NCBI GenBank assembly: GCA_049521795.1 | Contig: JBEKOM010000001.1 | Location: forward strand, 544,001 to 608,000 | Origin: Candidatus Bathyarchaeia archaeon | Lineage (GTDB): Archaea > Thermoproteota > Bathyarchaeia > Bathyarchaeales > Bathycorpusculaceae | Length of the DNA stretch: 64,000 nt | Direction of reading: 5' to 3' | Part shown: one piece after another, positions 47,400-57,638 of the stretch | How the letters are laid out: each line of letters opens with the position of its first letter | Position numbering within the stretch: position 1 is the stretch's first letter | Translations under genes and position numbers: made by a program | The notes under the pieces: generated by a model | Databases searched by the model: none | Told to the model about the DNA's origin: nothing | What the model saw: the letters and a program-made list of their open reading frames with translations, nothing else

Positions 47400-48050
47400 T
47401 TATCCAAATAGATGGCTATGCCCGTTCGCATTCGAGCGTGTCAGAAACGACAGGCCAAGGTTGGCAAGTTGTTGAGCCGCAAGTGACAGAAAGATTCCCC
47501 CAACAACATCTGTCAAATAGTGTGCCCCGAGAACGATTCTGCTCAAAGAAACTAAGAATATAGCCACCGTTGCCAGTGATTGTCTGATTCCGCTTCCTCT
47601 CGACAGAATTATGAATGCGCCGACGGCTCTGGAAACGTGGCCAGAAGGGTATGAAAACGAAGACATGAGGTCCTCATCATACACGCTGATGCCGGAACAG
47701 TTCGGTCTCGGACGGGCAAAAACCATCTTTATCAAATAGGTGAGCGCGGTCGTAATGATTAGGAAGATCGCAAGTTCACTTGCGGAAGCAAGATACTTTC
47801 TTGACTTGAAGTATGCGTAAAAGAAGTAGATAGAAGCAAGAATGACCCAAACGTAAAAGTCACCTAAGTATGTTAAAACTTGGAAGACTTGTAATCCTAT
47901 GGTCTTTTGAACAAAATTCTGCACGTTAAAGACGATGTTGCATTCCGTTCCATTGAGTGGCAATAAGACAACTAATATGCCTATTAGAAATACCAAGACC
48001 AAGTAGACTGATGTTAAGAAATAAGGATTTCTTAAACGGGTTCGGTTCAA
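47400..48050 (-). CDS. PAP2 family phosphatase
   Basis: K-x6-RP, PSGH, SR-x5-H-x3-D. Confidence 0.92.
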   Translation of the reverse strand: MNRTRLRNPYFLTSVYLVLVFLIGILVVLLPLNGTECNIVFNVQNFVQKTIGLQVFQVLTYLGDFYVWVILASIYFFYAYFKSRKYLASASELAIFLIITTALTYLIKMVFARPRPNCSGISVYDEDLMSSFSYPSGHVSRAVGAFIILSRGSGIRQSLATVAIFLVSLSRIVLGAHYLTDVVGGIFLSLAAQQLANLGLSFLTRSNANGHSHLFG

Positions 48051-48142
48051 TTAGATGGCTCATGGCAGAATAGCGGAGTTGAGCCTTAAACGTTTTCACT
48101 TATCTAGTGAGGTATCGCCTTGTTTGAAAAACCATGTGAAGA

Positions 48143-48910
48143 CTACTTTCTTCTGCCGAAAGCCCATGTTCCGATCGCTATCATGGCAAGATCGAAGCAG
48201 GTCACCACGAGGAGTTCCACGTAGAGGGGGTAGAGGGGCTGCCACGACCCGCCGAGGATCACTGTTCTCAAAGCGTCAACGGCATAAGTGAACGGGTTGC
48301 AGCTTGCGGCTATCTGCAACCAGCTTGGAACACCCGTGCCCCGAACAAGGAATATTGCCCCGCTCAGGAAGAACATTGGCATGTTAATGAAGTTCACGAT
48401 CAACCCGAAGCTTTCTAGGCTTTCCATGAAACTGGCCACTGTAAGCCCGATGCTTACCAGTCCAAACGTTACTAGAATCATGACTGGCAACGCCTCCGCA
48501 AGAATCAAAGGATTAGTAGTTATCCCCAAAAGTGCGCCCAGCACGAAGACGAGCACTCCCTGGATCATGGCATCAGTGCTGGCACCCAACAGCTTACCTG
48601 TAAAAACGGAGAAACGCGAGATCGGTGCCACCATTATTTCTTTTAGAAAACCGAATTCTCTGTCCCATATCACTGAGATGCCTATAAACATCGAAGTGAA
48701 GAGAAGTGTTTGTCCAACGATTCCAGGTAAGATGTACTGTTGATAGGTTAGCCCTGGTATCGGAATCCGGACCAAAGCGCCGAGGGCGCTTCCAAATATC
48801 ACAAGCCACAGTAGCGGCTGAACGAAGCTACTCACGATTCTTGCCTTGTCCCTGACGTAGCGCTTGATCTCGCGTAGCCAAAGGGTGTAAATCCCCCTGA
48901 TCTCGGTCAT
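48143..48910 (-). CDS. ABC-2 type transporter permease
   Basis: DREFGFLKEI, PMFFLSG, NPFTYAVDALR. Confidence 0.93.
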   Translation of the reverse strand: MTEIRGIYTLWLREIKRYVRDKARIVSSFVQPLLWLVIFGSALGALVRIPIPGLTYQQYILPGIVGQTLLFTSMFIGISVIWDREFGFLKEIMVAPISRFSVFTGKLLGASTDAMIQGVLVFVLGALLGITTNPLILAEALPVMILVTFGLVSIGLTVASFMESLESFGLIVNFINMPMFFLSGAIFLVRGTGVPSWLQIAASCNPFTYAVDALRTVILGGSWQPLYPLYVELLVVTCFDLAMIAIGTWAFGRRK

Positions 48911-49905
48911 TTGATACGTCTCCTTTGGACAGCCGCCATACCATGCAGCTCCTCACCGCCTTCAACACGAATCGCTCGACCAGTATAGTGTAAGAAGACG
49001 TCTCCGAGGTTCGGTTCTCGCAACGAGACCGATTCAACGAAAATGCCGCTTTTCGCCGCTGCTTCCACTATTCTGGGCAAGAGAGCCTTTCCACCATGAA
49101 CCGTGAGTTCAAGTCTCTCGCCTACTACGTTGGTCTTCAGAATGCCTGCAGTTCCAGCAACAGCAGAAGAGAGCTTCGACGCCTCCTTGGTGTTCACCGT
49201 TATGACGTCACCCTCAAGCGTTTCCTTCAGCGCGGTAGGAGTGCCTGAAGCCACAATCTTGCCGAAATCCATAATCGCTATGCGGTCAGAAAGCCTGTCA
49301 GCCTCATCCATGTAATGTGTCGTTAGAACCATGGTAACGTCATGAGACTTTCTCAACCCCTCAATATGCGACCAAATGTGCTCCCGCGTCTGAGGATCAA
49401 GTCCAATCGTAGGCTCATCCAGAAACAAAACCTTGGGAGAATGAATCAACCCCCTCGCAATCTCCAACCGCCGCCGCATCCCGCCCGAATAAGTCCGCAT
49501 TAGATCGTCAGCTCTGTCCTCAAGCTCAACGAGCTTCAAAACGCCGTCAATACGCGACCTCTGCTCGCCCGGCGGCACACCGTACAGATTGGCATGCATG
49601 TAGAGGTTTTCACGTCCCGTCAACCTGTCATCAATACTTGGATCTTGAAAAACAATGCCAATCGACTTCCGCACCTGCATGTCCTGCTTAACAATGTCAA
49701 AACCATTGACCCTCGCGGTTCCAGAAGTAGGCTTCAAAATGGCACAAAGCATCGAAATCGTCGTCGTCTTGCCGGCGCCGTTAGGCCCCAGCAACCCAAA
49801 GACCTCCCCACGCTCAACCGAAATGTTCAGCTTGTCAACTGCCACAAGGCCGTTAAAGCGCCTCGTCAGCTCGGTCGTCTCTATAGCATTCTCCAACCGC
49901 TTCAC
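48907..49905 (-). CDS. ABC transporter ATPase (DrrA-like)
   Basis: GPNGAGKTT, YSGGMRRRLE, LDEPT, TTHYMDEA. Confidence 0.95.
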   Translation of the reverse strand: MKRLENAIETTELTRRFNGLVAVDKLNISVERGEVFGLLGPNGAGKTTTISMLCAILKPTSGTARVNGFDIVKQDMQVRKSIGIVFQDPSIDDRLTGRENLYMHANLYGVPPGEQRSRIDGVLKLVELEDRADDLMRTYSGGMRRRLEIARGLIHSPKVLFLDEPTIGLDPQTREHIWSHIEGLRKSHDVTMVLTTHYMDEADRLSDRIAIMDFGKIVASGTPTALKETLEGDVITVNTKEASKLSSAVAGTAGILKTNVVGERLELTVHGGKALLPRIVEAAAKSGIFVESVSLREPNLGDVFLHYTGRAIRVEGGEELHGMAAVQRRRIK

Positions 49906-50100
49906 TTTCGATTTTTACGACGCTCTTAGCCAAAGAAAAGGCTAAGGCCACAATAAAAGTTTACGTAAAGACATTTTGCATTGAGACTCTTCGCGGGAGG
50001 AAAAAGGAGGGCTCTCTGCGATGATTCTGGCGTCTGTGGCAACCAAGGGCCGCTTGAGCAAAAACATACAAGTCTCAACTGTCTGACTAGTACTCTTGTC

Positions 50101-51162
50101 ATGAAGCGGATAAGAATTTTGGGTGCTGGTCTTTCTGGTCTTGTAGCCGGAATAAACCTTGCAAGAAATGGGTACGAGGTGGACGTTTACGAGAGAAATG
50201 AAGATGTAGGTATGAGGTTTAACGGCGACGTGCAAGGTTTAGAGAACTGGTCTGAAAAGAAAGATTTACTAGAAGAACTGAGAGAAATGAACATTGAAAC
50301 AAGTTTTGACTGTGACCCTTTTTCAAAAATGACCCTGACCAATTGCTCAAAAACCAAGACAATCAATTCCCTAAGACCGCTGTTCTACTTGGTCAAAAGG
50401 GGTTCCTTTTGCGGAACAATCGACTATGGTCTGAAAGCGCAAGCGTTGAAACTAGGCACAAACCTGCATTTTCGACAGACACTTTCCCAGGAAGAAGCTG
50501 ATATTGTGGCGACAGGTCCTGCACATTGGAAAGTCCGCGGGATCGTTAAAGGGATTGTTTTCAACACCGATGTTGCTGATACAGCAATCGTGGTGTTTAA
50601 CAACAATCTAGCTTTCAAAGGATACTCCTACCTCGTAGTCACCAAAAAATATGGGTGCATGTGCACAGTAGTACTCGATGAAATCTGGCGAGCCAATGAG
50701 TGTTTTGAGAAGACAAGAGAATATTTCGCGAGAAAACTCGACCTAAAGATGAGGTCAATCAAAGAGGTTGCGGGGTTTGGAAATTTCTCATTGAAATGTG
50801 CCAGGGAAAGAACTCCCCTACACGTCGGAGAAGCTGCCGGGCTGCAGGACTTTCTTGGGGGATTCGGAATGAGGTTTGCTATCACGTCGGGTTATCTTGC
50901 AGCTCAGAGTCTTATTGAAAACAGAGACTATGGAAGCATTGCGAAAGGACGTTTTCAAAACAAGTTGAAAGCAGGTGTTGTCAACAGATATTTGTGGGAA
51001 AACGTCCTGTCCAAGGGAAATTATGCGTTTCTAATCAACATTTCAGAATTTGTAAAGGTCAATCTCCGCTCGATGTACAATTACAGTTTGTTGCAGAGAA
51101 TGATTTACCCACTCGCTTTTGCCAAATTGCAGAAAACGTACCCTCAACTTGAATGCTTCTGA
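50101..51162 (+). CDS. FAD-dependent oxidoreductase (geranylgeranyl reductase-like)
   Basis: ILGAGLSG, GYSY, VGEAAGLQD-x-x-x-GFG-x-x-x-A-x-x-SG. Confidence 0.85.
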   Translation: MKRIRILGAGLSGLVAGINLARNGYEVDVYERNEDVGMRFNGDVQGLENWSEKKDLLEELREMNIETSFDCDPFSKMTLTNCSKTKTINSLRPLFYLVKRGSFCGTIDYGLKAQALKLGTNLHFRQTLSQEEADIVATGPAHWKVRGIVKGIVFNTDVADTAIVVFNNNLAFKGYSYLVVTKKYGCMCTVVLDEIWRANECFEKTREYFARKLDLKMRSIKEVAGFGNFSLKCARERTPLHVGEAAGLQDFLGGFGMRFAITSGYLAAQSLIENRDYGSIAKGRFQNKLKAGVVNRYLWENVLSKGNYAFLINISEFVKVNLRSMYNYSLLQRMIYPLAFAKLQKTYPQLECF

Positions 51163-51357
51163 CATAAGCTGGCATCGATAATAATGTAGAGACGACGAAA
51201 AATGGTTTCTTAAGGACCCGGCGCATTTCGGAAATGCTTGAAGATCTCGGTTCCGCTGTAACCGCCTCCCTAGTTGGTTGTGAGAATTGGATTGGACCGA
51301 AGCATTAACTCTAAGAGTTCGGCGAATGATACAGTGGGTAGCTATGTGGTGAAAGGG

Positions 51358-52227
51358 ATGAAGAGAACAGTGAAGCAGATTCTGAAGAGTAAGGTAACGA
51401 TGGAGGGCGCGGGTGTCCGACTCAAGCGAGTTTTTGGCTATAATGAGGTTCCTCTGTTTGACCCCTTTCTGCTTTTGGACCATTTTGGTTCAGAAAACCC
51501 TGAGGACTATATCAGAGGATTTCCGTGGCACCCTCATAGGGGGATTGAAACTGTCACTTACATGCTGAGTGGGGAAGTTGAGCATGGTGACAGCATAGGT
51601 AACAGCGGCGTGATTAGGTCCGGTGACGTTCAATGGATGACTGCTGGGTCAGGGATAATCCATCAGGAAATGCCCAGAAGATATGAGGGCTTGATGCAGG
51701 GATTCCAACTTTGGGTGAATCTGCCCGCAAAGAAGAAGATGATTGACCCAAGATACCGCGGAATCGCTGAGGACCAAATTCCAGTGTTGGAAAAAGAAGG
51801 AGCTGAGATCAAGGTAATAGCAGGGATTTTCGATGGGACTGAGGGGCCAGTTCAAGATCTTGTGGTTGACGTTGAATATTTCGATGTCGAACTAGCTGCT
51901 TCCAAAACGTTCGAACACTCAACAGAAACGGATTGGAAAACGTTTGCCTACGTGGTTAAAGGTTCAGGCTATTTCGACGACAAGCTAATCGAATCCCAAC
52001 AATGTGCCTTGTTCGGTAGGGGCAACAGCGTCAGAATAAAGACAAAAGATGGCATCCGCTTCTTGTTCGTGTCAGGAAAGCCGCTAAAAGAACCTGTAGC
52101 TTGGGGAGGGCCTATTGTCATGAACACTCAGGAGGAGTTGGCAAGAGCCTTCCGGGAGCTTGATCAAGGCACCTTCATCAAAAACGGCAGAACAGTAAAA
52201 CCGACAAGAAACTTCTACCGAAGCTAA
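51358..52227 (+). CDS. Pirin family protein
   Basis: DPFLLLDHF, HPHRGIETVTY, WMTAGSGIIHQE, GPIVMN. Confidence 0.96.
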   Translation: MKRTVKQILKSKVTMEGAGVRLKRVFGYNEVPLFDPFLLLDHFGSENPEDYIRGFPWHPHRGIETVTYMLSGEVEHGDSIGNSGVIRSGDVQWMTAGSGIIHQEMPRRYEGLMQGFQLWVNLPAKKKMIDPRYRGIAEDQIPVLEKEGAEIKVIAGIFDGTEGPVQDLVVDVEYFDVELAASKTFEHSTETDWKTFAYVVKGSGYFDDKLIESQQCALFGRGNSVRIKTKDGIRFLFVSGKPLKEPVAWGGPIVMNTQEELARAFRELDQGTFIKNGRTVKPTRNFYRS

Positions 52228-52368
52228 ACATGGTGACCTGCTGGAAAGTGCATCCAAAAACTATATCTCCAGCACTGCGCAACCTCACGCAGAACAGCTG
52301 TACAGAATGGGGCTAATCAGTTCAATGAGACTGTGTGAAGAGGATGGTTGTGTGCGGGTGTGCTTGGA

Positions 52369-53334
52369 ATGATTCCGGTTGAAATCTCTTCAGTCAAGAA
52401 GTTCTACGGCGAAATCAAAGCTGTTGACGGGGTGTCTTTTTCCGTTAACGAGGGCGAGGTTTTTGCTCTTCTCGGCCCGAACGGCGCTGGCAAGACGACG
52501 CTAATAGAGATTTTGGAGGGTTTGCGGAAACGAGACGATGGTATCGTGAAGGTGCTCGGTCTCGATCCGTGGGGAAACAGCTACGCGCTTCACAGGAGAA
52601 TTGGGGTGATACCGCAAGACTTCACGTTCTTTGACAAAGCTAATCCAAGAGAGGCGGTGAGATATTACGCGGATCTTTTCGGTGTCAGTGTTGACCCGGA
52701 TCAGATCTTGAAAGAAGTTTTACTGGACGATTCAACAGGTGTACTTTTTGAAAATCTTTCAGGAGGACAGAAGCAGAAGATGGGTCTTGCTCTCGCTTTG
52801 GTGAATTCTGCTGAGCTTCTTTTCCTCGACGAACCGACCACGGGACTTGATCCGAACGCGAGAAGAGCGATGTGGGACGTGATAAGAGGGTTGAGGAGCA
52901 AGGGCAGGACGGTTATTCTGACCACTCATTACCTCGATGAGGCCCAGCAGCTTTCCGACAGGGTTGCCATAATGAATCATGGACACATAGTGGCCATAGG
53001 AACTTCTGAGGACATCATTGAAATTCATGGTTCTGGTGAAAGGTTGGAAATCCACGGAACAGAGGAGCTGGCTGCCTACGTCAGGGCGAACACGAATCTG
53101 AAGGCTGAGTACAACGGCAAGGGTTTGGTCAGCATAGCGATCAGTCAGAAGCATGATGCGTTGGCGGCCTTGACGGCTGTTGAGCGGTCAGGACTCGAAT
53201 GGCGCGACCTTCACACGCGCCGTGACAGTTTGGACGATGTGTTTGTCAAACTTGTAAGCGGAAGGATCGATGAGAAGGGCGAGATCAGCGTTGACAATGC
53301 TAGTGAGAATTCACGTGATCAGGGCAGGCGTTAG
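52369..53334 (+). CDS. ABC transporter ATPase
   Basis: GPNGAGKTT, LSGGQ, LDEPTTGLD, TTHYLDEA. Confidence 0.95.
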   Translation: MIPVEISSVKKFYGEIKAVDGVSFSVNEGEVFALLGPNGAGKTTLIEILEGLRKRDDGIVKVLGLDPWGNSYALHRRIGVIPQDFTFFDKANPREAVRYYADLFGVSVDPDQILKEVLLDDSTGVLFENLSGGQKQKMGLALALVNSAELLFLDEPTTGLDPNARRAMWDVIRGLRSKGRTVILTTHYLDEAQQLSDRVAIMNHGHIVAIGTSEDIIEIHGSGERLEIHGTEELAAYVRANTNLKAEYNGKGLVSIAISQKHDALAALTAVERSGLEWRDLHTRRDSLDDVFVKLVSGRIDEKGEISVDNASENSRDQGRR

Positions 53335-53339
53335 GGCGA

Positions 53340-54443
53340 ATGGCTAGTGCAAGAAGAATCGTTTCTGACCTTCGCCTTTTCGGCCGGGGATATCTGAGAA
53401 ATCCCGCAGGACTGTTCTTCGGTCTGATTTTCCCAGTGATTCTCATACTCATTTTCGGCGCCATTTTCTCGTCAGGCTTTTCAGGAACGATAACATTGTA
53501 TTATCAGAACAAGGACGGTGGTTTGTACTCAACTTCCTTTTTGGACGCGCTTAACAGGACAAACACACTTAGCCTTGTATATGTGAACGCGTCTGAAGAC
53601 TTCTCTCACTACCTCTCAACGCATTCTGCGTCAGACGGACTAGTTATTCCGGCGGGTTTCTCGGCGAACTATTCATCAGGCAACCCCGTTAACGTGACGA
53701 TCTATGGCAACCCTTCCCAAAGCTCCAGTAGCATCGTGAGCGGAGTCGTCACGGGGGTGATAAACTTGTTTAACCTAAAATATTACGGAGGTCCGCAGGT
53801 TTCACCGATAATCGGTGTGAATCAGACTACAGGGAATGCTCAGGTGACGAAGTACATCGATTTCCTAGTTCCGGGACTCATCGGCTTTTCAATACTCATC
53901 AGCCCGATGTTTTCCCTGGTAAACATATCCTCCGAGTACAAGAGAACAAAGCTTTTCAAACAGTTATCTTTGACTCCTCTCACCAAGATCGAGTGGCTAG
54001 CTTCCAAAGTACTCTTCTATATTCTCCTGTCAGTGGCGTCATTCCTGTTGATGGTTGCCGTAGGGGTCATCGCCTTCGGCGCACATGTTGCGTTCTCACT
54101 GTGGCTCATACCGTTCCTGATACTTGGACCGATGTTCTTCGCTTCGCTGGGCATGCTAGTTGGAACCATCTCAAAGAGCACCGAAACAGCCAGCGTTGTC
54201 GGAAACATCATAACCTTCCCAATGATGTTTCTCTCAGGCACGTTCTTCCCAATCTCGCTCATGCCCACGTACCTGCAACTCTTGGCGCACGTCTTACCCC
54301 TCTTCTACATCATCGACGGACTCAACGCGGTTATGATATACAACAACTATGCACAGGCAACGATAGACCTGATAGTAGTCTCGACAATCACGATCGTCGC
54401 CTTCGTAGCTGCCGCGAGAGTATTCAAGTGGAGAGAAGACTAG
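53340..54443 (+). CDS. ABC-2 type transporter permease
   Basis: YIDFLVPG, PMMFLSGTFFP, FKWRE. Confidence 0.93.
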   Translation: MASARRIVSDLRLFGRGYLRNPAGLFFGLIFPVILILIFGAIFSSGFSGTITLYYQNKDGGLYSTSFLDALNRTNTLSLVYVNASEDFSHYLSTHSASDGLVIPAGFSANYSSGNPVNVTIYGNPSQSSSSIVSGVVTGVINLFNLKYYGGPQVSPIIGVNQTTGNAQVTKYIDFLVPGLIGFSILISPMFSLVNISSEYKRTKLFKQLSLTPLTKIEWLASKVLFYILLSVASFLLMVAVGVIAFGAHVAFSLWLIPFLILGPMFFASLGMLVGTISKSTETASVVGNIITFPMMFLSGTFFPISLMPTYLQLLAHVLPLFYIIDGLNAVMIYNNYAQATIDLIVVSTITIVAFVAAARVFKWRED

Positions 54444-54608
54444 CATCCGCAACAAGTACCCATGGTGATTTCAAGAATCGTCAATGAAGAGATTCGAAAG
54501 AGCGCGTTGCTACTCAACACGGTGCGAGCTTCTAGTACGTGTCATTTGAACGATTGTGAAACACGAAAGGTTTTATTCACACGTACGTCGTTGTTCTTTT
54601 GTGAGTAA

Positions 54609-55136
54609 ATGAGCGGTACAAATTCTCTCCTTGAAATCAACGATCTCGTGTTGAAGAAGAAGATACTGTCTGTGCGCGAGCACTACGATTTGGAGGATGT
54701 GAATGGGACGAAATTGGGAGAAGCTGATGGCAATCTCTTTCAGTTTCCAGCGAAGTTCGTCGTCATCGATACCAACGGTTCGGAGCTGATGCACCTCGAA
54801 GGGAAAATACTTTCGCTCCGAAGGCAGTTCACTTTCCATGACAATGCCGGAGTGGAACTAGGAACCATACAAAAGAAGATAGTCAAGCTGATTGGAGAAG
54901 AGTACTGGGTGGAAAGAGACGGGCGTGAGTTCATGCGTATCTACGGGAATTTCACGGAGCACGACTATCAGATGCAAGTCAACGGCGTCCAGGTCGCCTC
55001 TGTACACAAGAAGTGGGTCTCGGTGCGAGATCAGCTCGAGGTCTCGATAACAGGAGACGCTGATCACCGAGTGGTGATCGGAGCGGTGATCGTGATCGAA
55101 CACGTGGAGGTCACTGAGAAGCAGAGCCAGCACTGA
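54609..55136 (+). CDS. LURP-one / scramblase-like (tubby C-terminal fold) protein
   Basis: Repeated KKI-x-S-x-R-x-x-Y/F units, GNFTEHDY, VHKKWVSVRD. Confidence 0.85.
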   Translation: MSGTNSLLEINDLVLKKKILSVREHYDLEDVNGTKLGEADGNLFQFPAKFVVIDTNGSELMHLEGKILSLRRQFTFHDNAGVELGTIQKKIVKLIGEEYWVERDGREFMRIYGNFTEHDYQMQVNGVQVASVHKKWVSVRDQLEVSITGDADHRVVIGAVIVIEHVEVTEKQSQH

Positions 55137-55438
55137 ACTGCAACACAGGTCAACCTTGATCTGGGCAGTTTGTCGGATTTCTGGGCTCCTCCTAAAGTAT
55201 TAGCCATAGAGACCAGCAACGTTCCGGGTGCGGAACCTGCGGGTGCATACGCTAAACTCCTTCCATCTAGTTCCAATAAAGGAGAAACAGATCTTTGACC
55301 TAGGTGAGGAGTAATGGGTCGGACAGACCAGAAATCACGTTGCCGAGGTTATGTCTATGCGCGCGCTCGCTGGCTTCAAACTCTTCTTTGACAGCAGATA
55401 AGTCATGTATCGAACCAAAACAGCGGGGTGTTCAATGA

Positions 55439-55455
55439 TGGTGCGGGGGGTGGGA
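55439..55455 (-). other. tRNA-Leu-like 3'-end fragment (TCCCACCCCCCGCACCA), candidate att remnant
   Basis: Matches T-stem 3' strand, acceptor strand, discriminator and CCA of archaeal tRNA-Leu; rest of the tRNA absent. Confidence 0.55.
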
Positions 55456-55492
55456 CCCCCACCCAACTTTACCGGTAAAAAGACCATGACTA

Positions 55493-55517
55493 TGGCGGGT
55501 CCGAGGGTATCTATACC
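55493..55517 (-). other. Degenerate tRNA-Arg/Lys-like 3'-end fragment (GGTATAGATACCCTCGGACCCGCCA)
   Basis: Resembles GGTTCAAATCCCCTCGGACCCGCCA; rest of the tRNA absent. Confidence 0.4.
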
Positions 55518-55765
55518 TAGTTGAGTGCAGATACCTATACTACCATTATCTAGCGCGCACGTGCCTATTAGCGAGCGATATTCTATTCCAGCACTGTCCG
55601 TCTTGTTATGGTTAAGGCCACTATATGTTTGCGCGTTTTGAAGAGGAAAATTGACTATTTGCTGAACTGCACTTCTCAAAAACCCTTAAGAACCCGCGCG
55701 CGTAAGAGCTATTCCGAGAAAGAGAAGATATCTGTTTGAGTTTCTGATGATTTAGGAGGTTCAAG

Positions 55766-56122
55766 GTGGCCGTTAAAGTCAAGTTGAACTTCAAGTTGTT
55801 ATCGGCAGCGAAGATTGCGGGTGGTCACTTGTTGACGTTGAACCTGAAAAACGTTGGAAGTAGCATCTTGAAGAACTTAGTTGTGCGGCTGCACTCCCCG
55901 GATCTGGGCGTTTCAGTTGATTGTGCTGGGTGCTTTATCTACGCTTTGATGCCCAGTGCAGATGAGAATGTAAAGTTTCGGGTTTTTGCCTCTTCATTAG
56001 CGCTGGCTTACTTTTCGGTCTCCGGGTATGCGAGCGGGGACGCGTATTTTTCCGTGGAATCGCCTGCAATGGCGGTTCAGACAAGAAAGCGCGAGCGCGA
56101 GAATAGCATGTTGTTGATGTGA
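55766..56122 (+). CDS. Hypothetical Ig-like beta-sandwich protein
   Basis: AGGAGGT SD; L-x-LKNVG...L-x-V-x-L pattern. Confidence 0.65.
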   Translation: MAVKVKLNFKLLSAAKIAGGHLLTLNLKNVGSSILKNLVVRLHSPDLGVSVDCAGCFIYALMPSADENVKFRVFASSLALAYFSVSGYASGDAYFSVESPAMAVQTRKRERENSMLLM

Positions 56123-56196
56123 CTGTTTCTGCGCTTTTCAGCTTTGGTTGCTGGGTGGTCATGAAATCTGGGCAGAGCATTTGATTAGTTCAGAAT

Positions 56197-57090
56197 TTAT
56201 TTCCTGGGCATCAGTTCGTTAAGTTCATACGTCGCTAAGCACAATACACTGTCGGCGCCTCCGTAGTACACTAAGACTTTGTCGTTGATGAGTACGTTTC
56301 CGCAACTGAATACCACGTTCGGTACTTTGCCGAAGCGTTCGCAGTCGGCGACGGGTGTCAATATTGGTGTTTCGGAGCGATAGAGGATGGTTTCGGGGTT
56401 GTCCCTATCCAGTAGGAGTACGCCGAGTGAATAGACTTTTTCGAAGCTTACGCCGTGGTAGATAACGAGCCAGCCTTCGTTAAGTTCAATTGGGGGTCCG
56501 GCTGCGCCTATTTTCCAGCAATCCCAGCTTTTCGTTCTTGGTCTCATCAAGGCTCTGATGTCGTACCATCGTATGAGGTCGTCAGAGTACGCCACACACA
56601 CGTCTGGGTCCAAGCGGTGGAACATAACGTATTTGCCTCCGATTTTCTTGGGGAAAACAACAGCGTCTTTGTTGCGTACACCTCTGAAGGGCAGCAATCG
56701 TTCATTCCATTTCCATTGTTTGCTCAAGAAATCATCGACTGAGATGGATGTTAGGGAGATTTGGTAGAGCTGTTCATGGTCAATTTCAGTTAGAGCTGTG
56801 TATGCCATTATTATTTGGTTGTCGAAGCGGGTTAGTCTCGGGTCCTCGCATCCGTAGTCTTCAGCTTTATTGTTGGGTTCAAAAACGGGGATTGGCGACC
56901 GCTCGTCGATTATGTATCCGTCAGAGGAGGCGGCGTATCCGATGCGGGATATGCCGTCGTTTCCTATCGCCCTGTATAGAATGTGAACTCGTTTGCCCAC
57001 TGCGATGGCGGCAGCGTTGAACACTGTTCTGGATTCCCATGGGTTTGATGCTATTGCCTGAAGGATTGGATTGTCTTGGAACCGTCTCAT
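56197..57090 (-). CDS. GH130 family glycoside phosphorylase/hydrolase
   Basis: FNAAA, LYRA, GCEDPR, NKD, YHGV, PNVVF, YYGGAD. Confidence 0.92.
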   Translation of the reverse strand: MRRFQDNPILQAIASNPWESRTVFNAAAIAVGKRVHILYRAIGNDGISRIGYAASSDGYIIDERSPIPVFEPNNKAEDYGCEDPRLTRFDNQIIMAYTALTEIDHEQLYQISLTSISVDDFLSKQWKWNERLLPFRGVRNKDAVVFPKKIGGKYVMFHRLDPDVCVAYSDDLIRWYDIRALMRPRTKSWDCWKIGAAGPPIELNEGWLVIYHGVSFEKVYSLGVLLLDRDNPETILYRSETPILTPVADCERFGKVPNVVFSCGNVLINDKVLVYYGGADSVLCLATYELNELMPRK

Positions 57091-57104
57091 TTTTTTTCTG
57101 TGTC

Positions 57105-57500
57105 CTAGCAGTATTTTGATGTGGTGAGTCCAAAGAGTTCATCGAGGAGTCTTCTGACGGAGAGTAGGCCCACTAGTTCTCCTTTGCTGTCTACCACTGG
57201 CAGGTGTCTGATTCCGTGTGAGATTATGAGTCGTCTCGCTTCCTCCAGCGAAGCCTCTATTCCGATCGTGGCGACATTTTTCGTCATCACTTGTTCGATG
57301 GGGGTGTCAAGTGAGACGTCGCTGGCTATCATTCTTATGGCGTCTCGCTCGGTGAAGATTCCCATGCATTTTTCGTTGTTGTCCGTGATGACAATTGAGC
57401 CCACGTGTTTTTCTTGCAGTGTTCTGACGGCATCTTTGACAGTGATGTTGGGCTTCGCGGTTACCACGTCTTCGATCATTATGTGCTTTACCATTAGCAC
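57105..57500 (-). CDS. CBS domain pair protein
   Basis: GIFTERD, IRHLPVVD-x-x-G-x-LVG. Confidence 0.93.
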   Translation of the reverse strand: MLMVKHIMIEDVVTAKPNITVKDAVRTLQEKHVGSIVITDNNEKCMGIFTERDAIRMIASDVSLDTPIEQVMTKNVATIGIEASLEEARRLIISHGIRHLPVVDSKGELVGLLSVRRLLDELFGLTTSKYC

Positions 57501-57638
57501 GTTTGTTTTGCCTCTGTGGCTAGTTGTGGTTTTCTTGACTAATAAGGCGAACTGTCTGAGGATTCACAAAAAATGCTGTGCGGGAGACTTTCCGCGCGAA
57601 CAAGGGCGAGAACGTTTCGGATCTGGTGTTTGCGGGTT

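Noticed and set aside
55311-55326. Possible third tRNA-like 3' fragment (CTGTCCGACCCA on the minus strand)
   Set aside because: No CCA after the discriminator position and a poor T-stem; too short to support.
55439-55560. Intact, intron-containing or split tRNA gene at the tRNA-like fragments
   Set aside because: No T-loop, D-arm or 5' acceptor strand found within the adjacent sequence.
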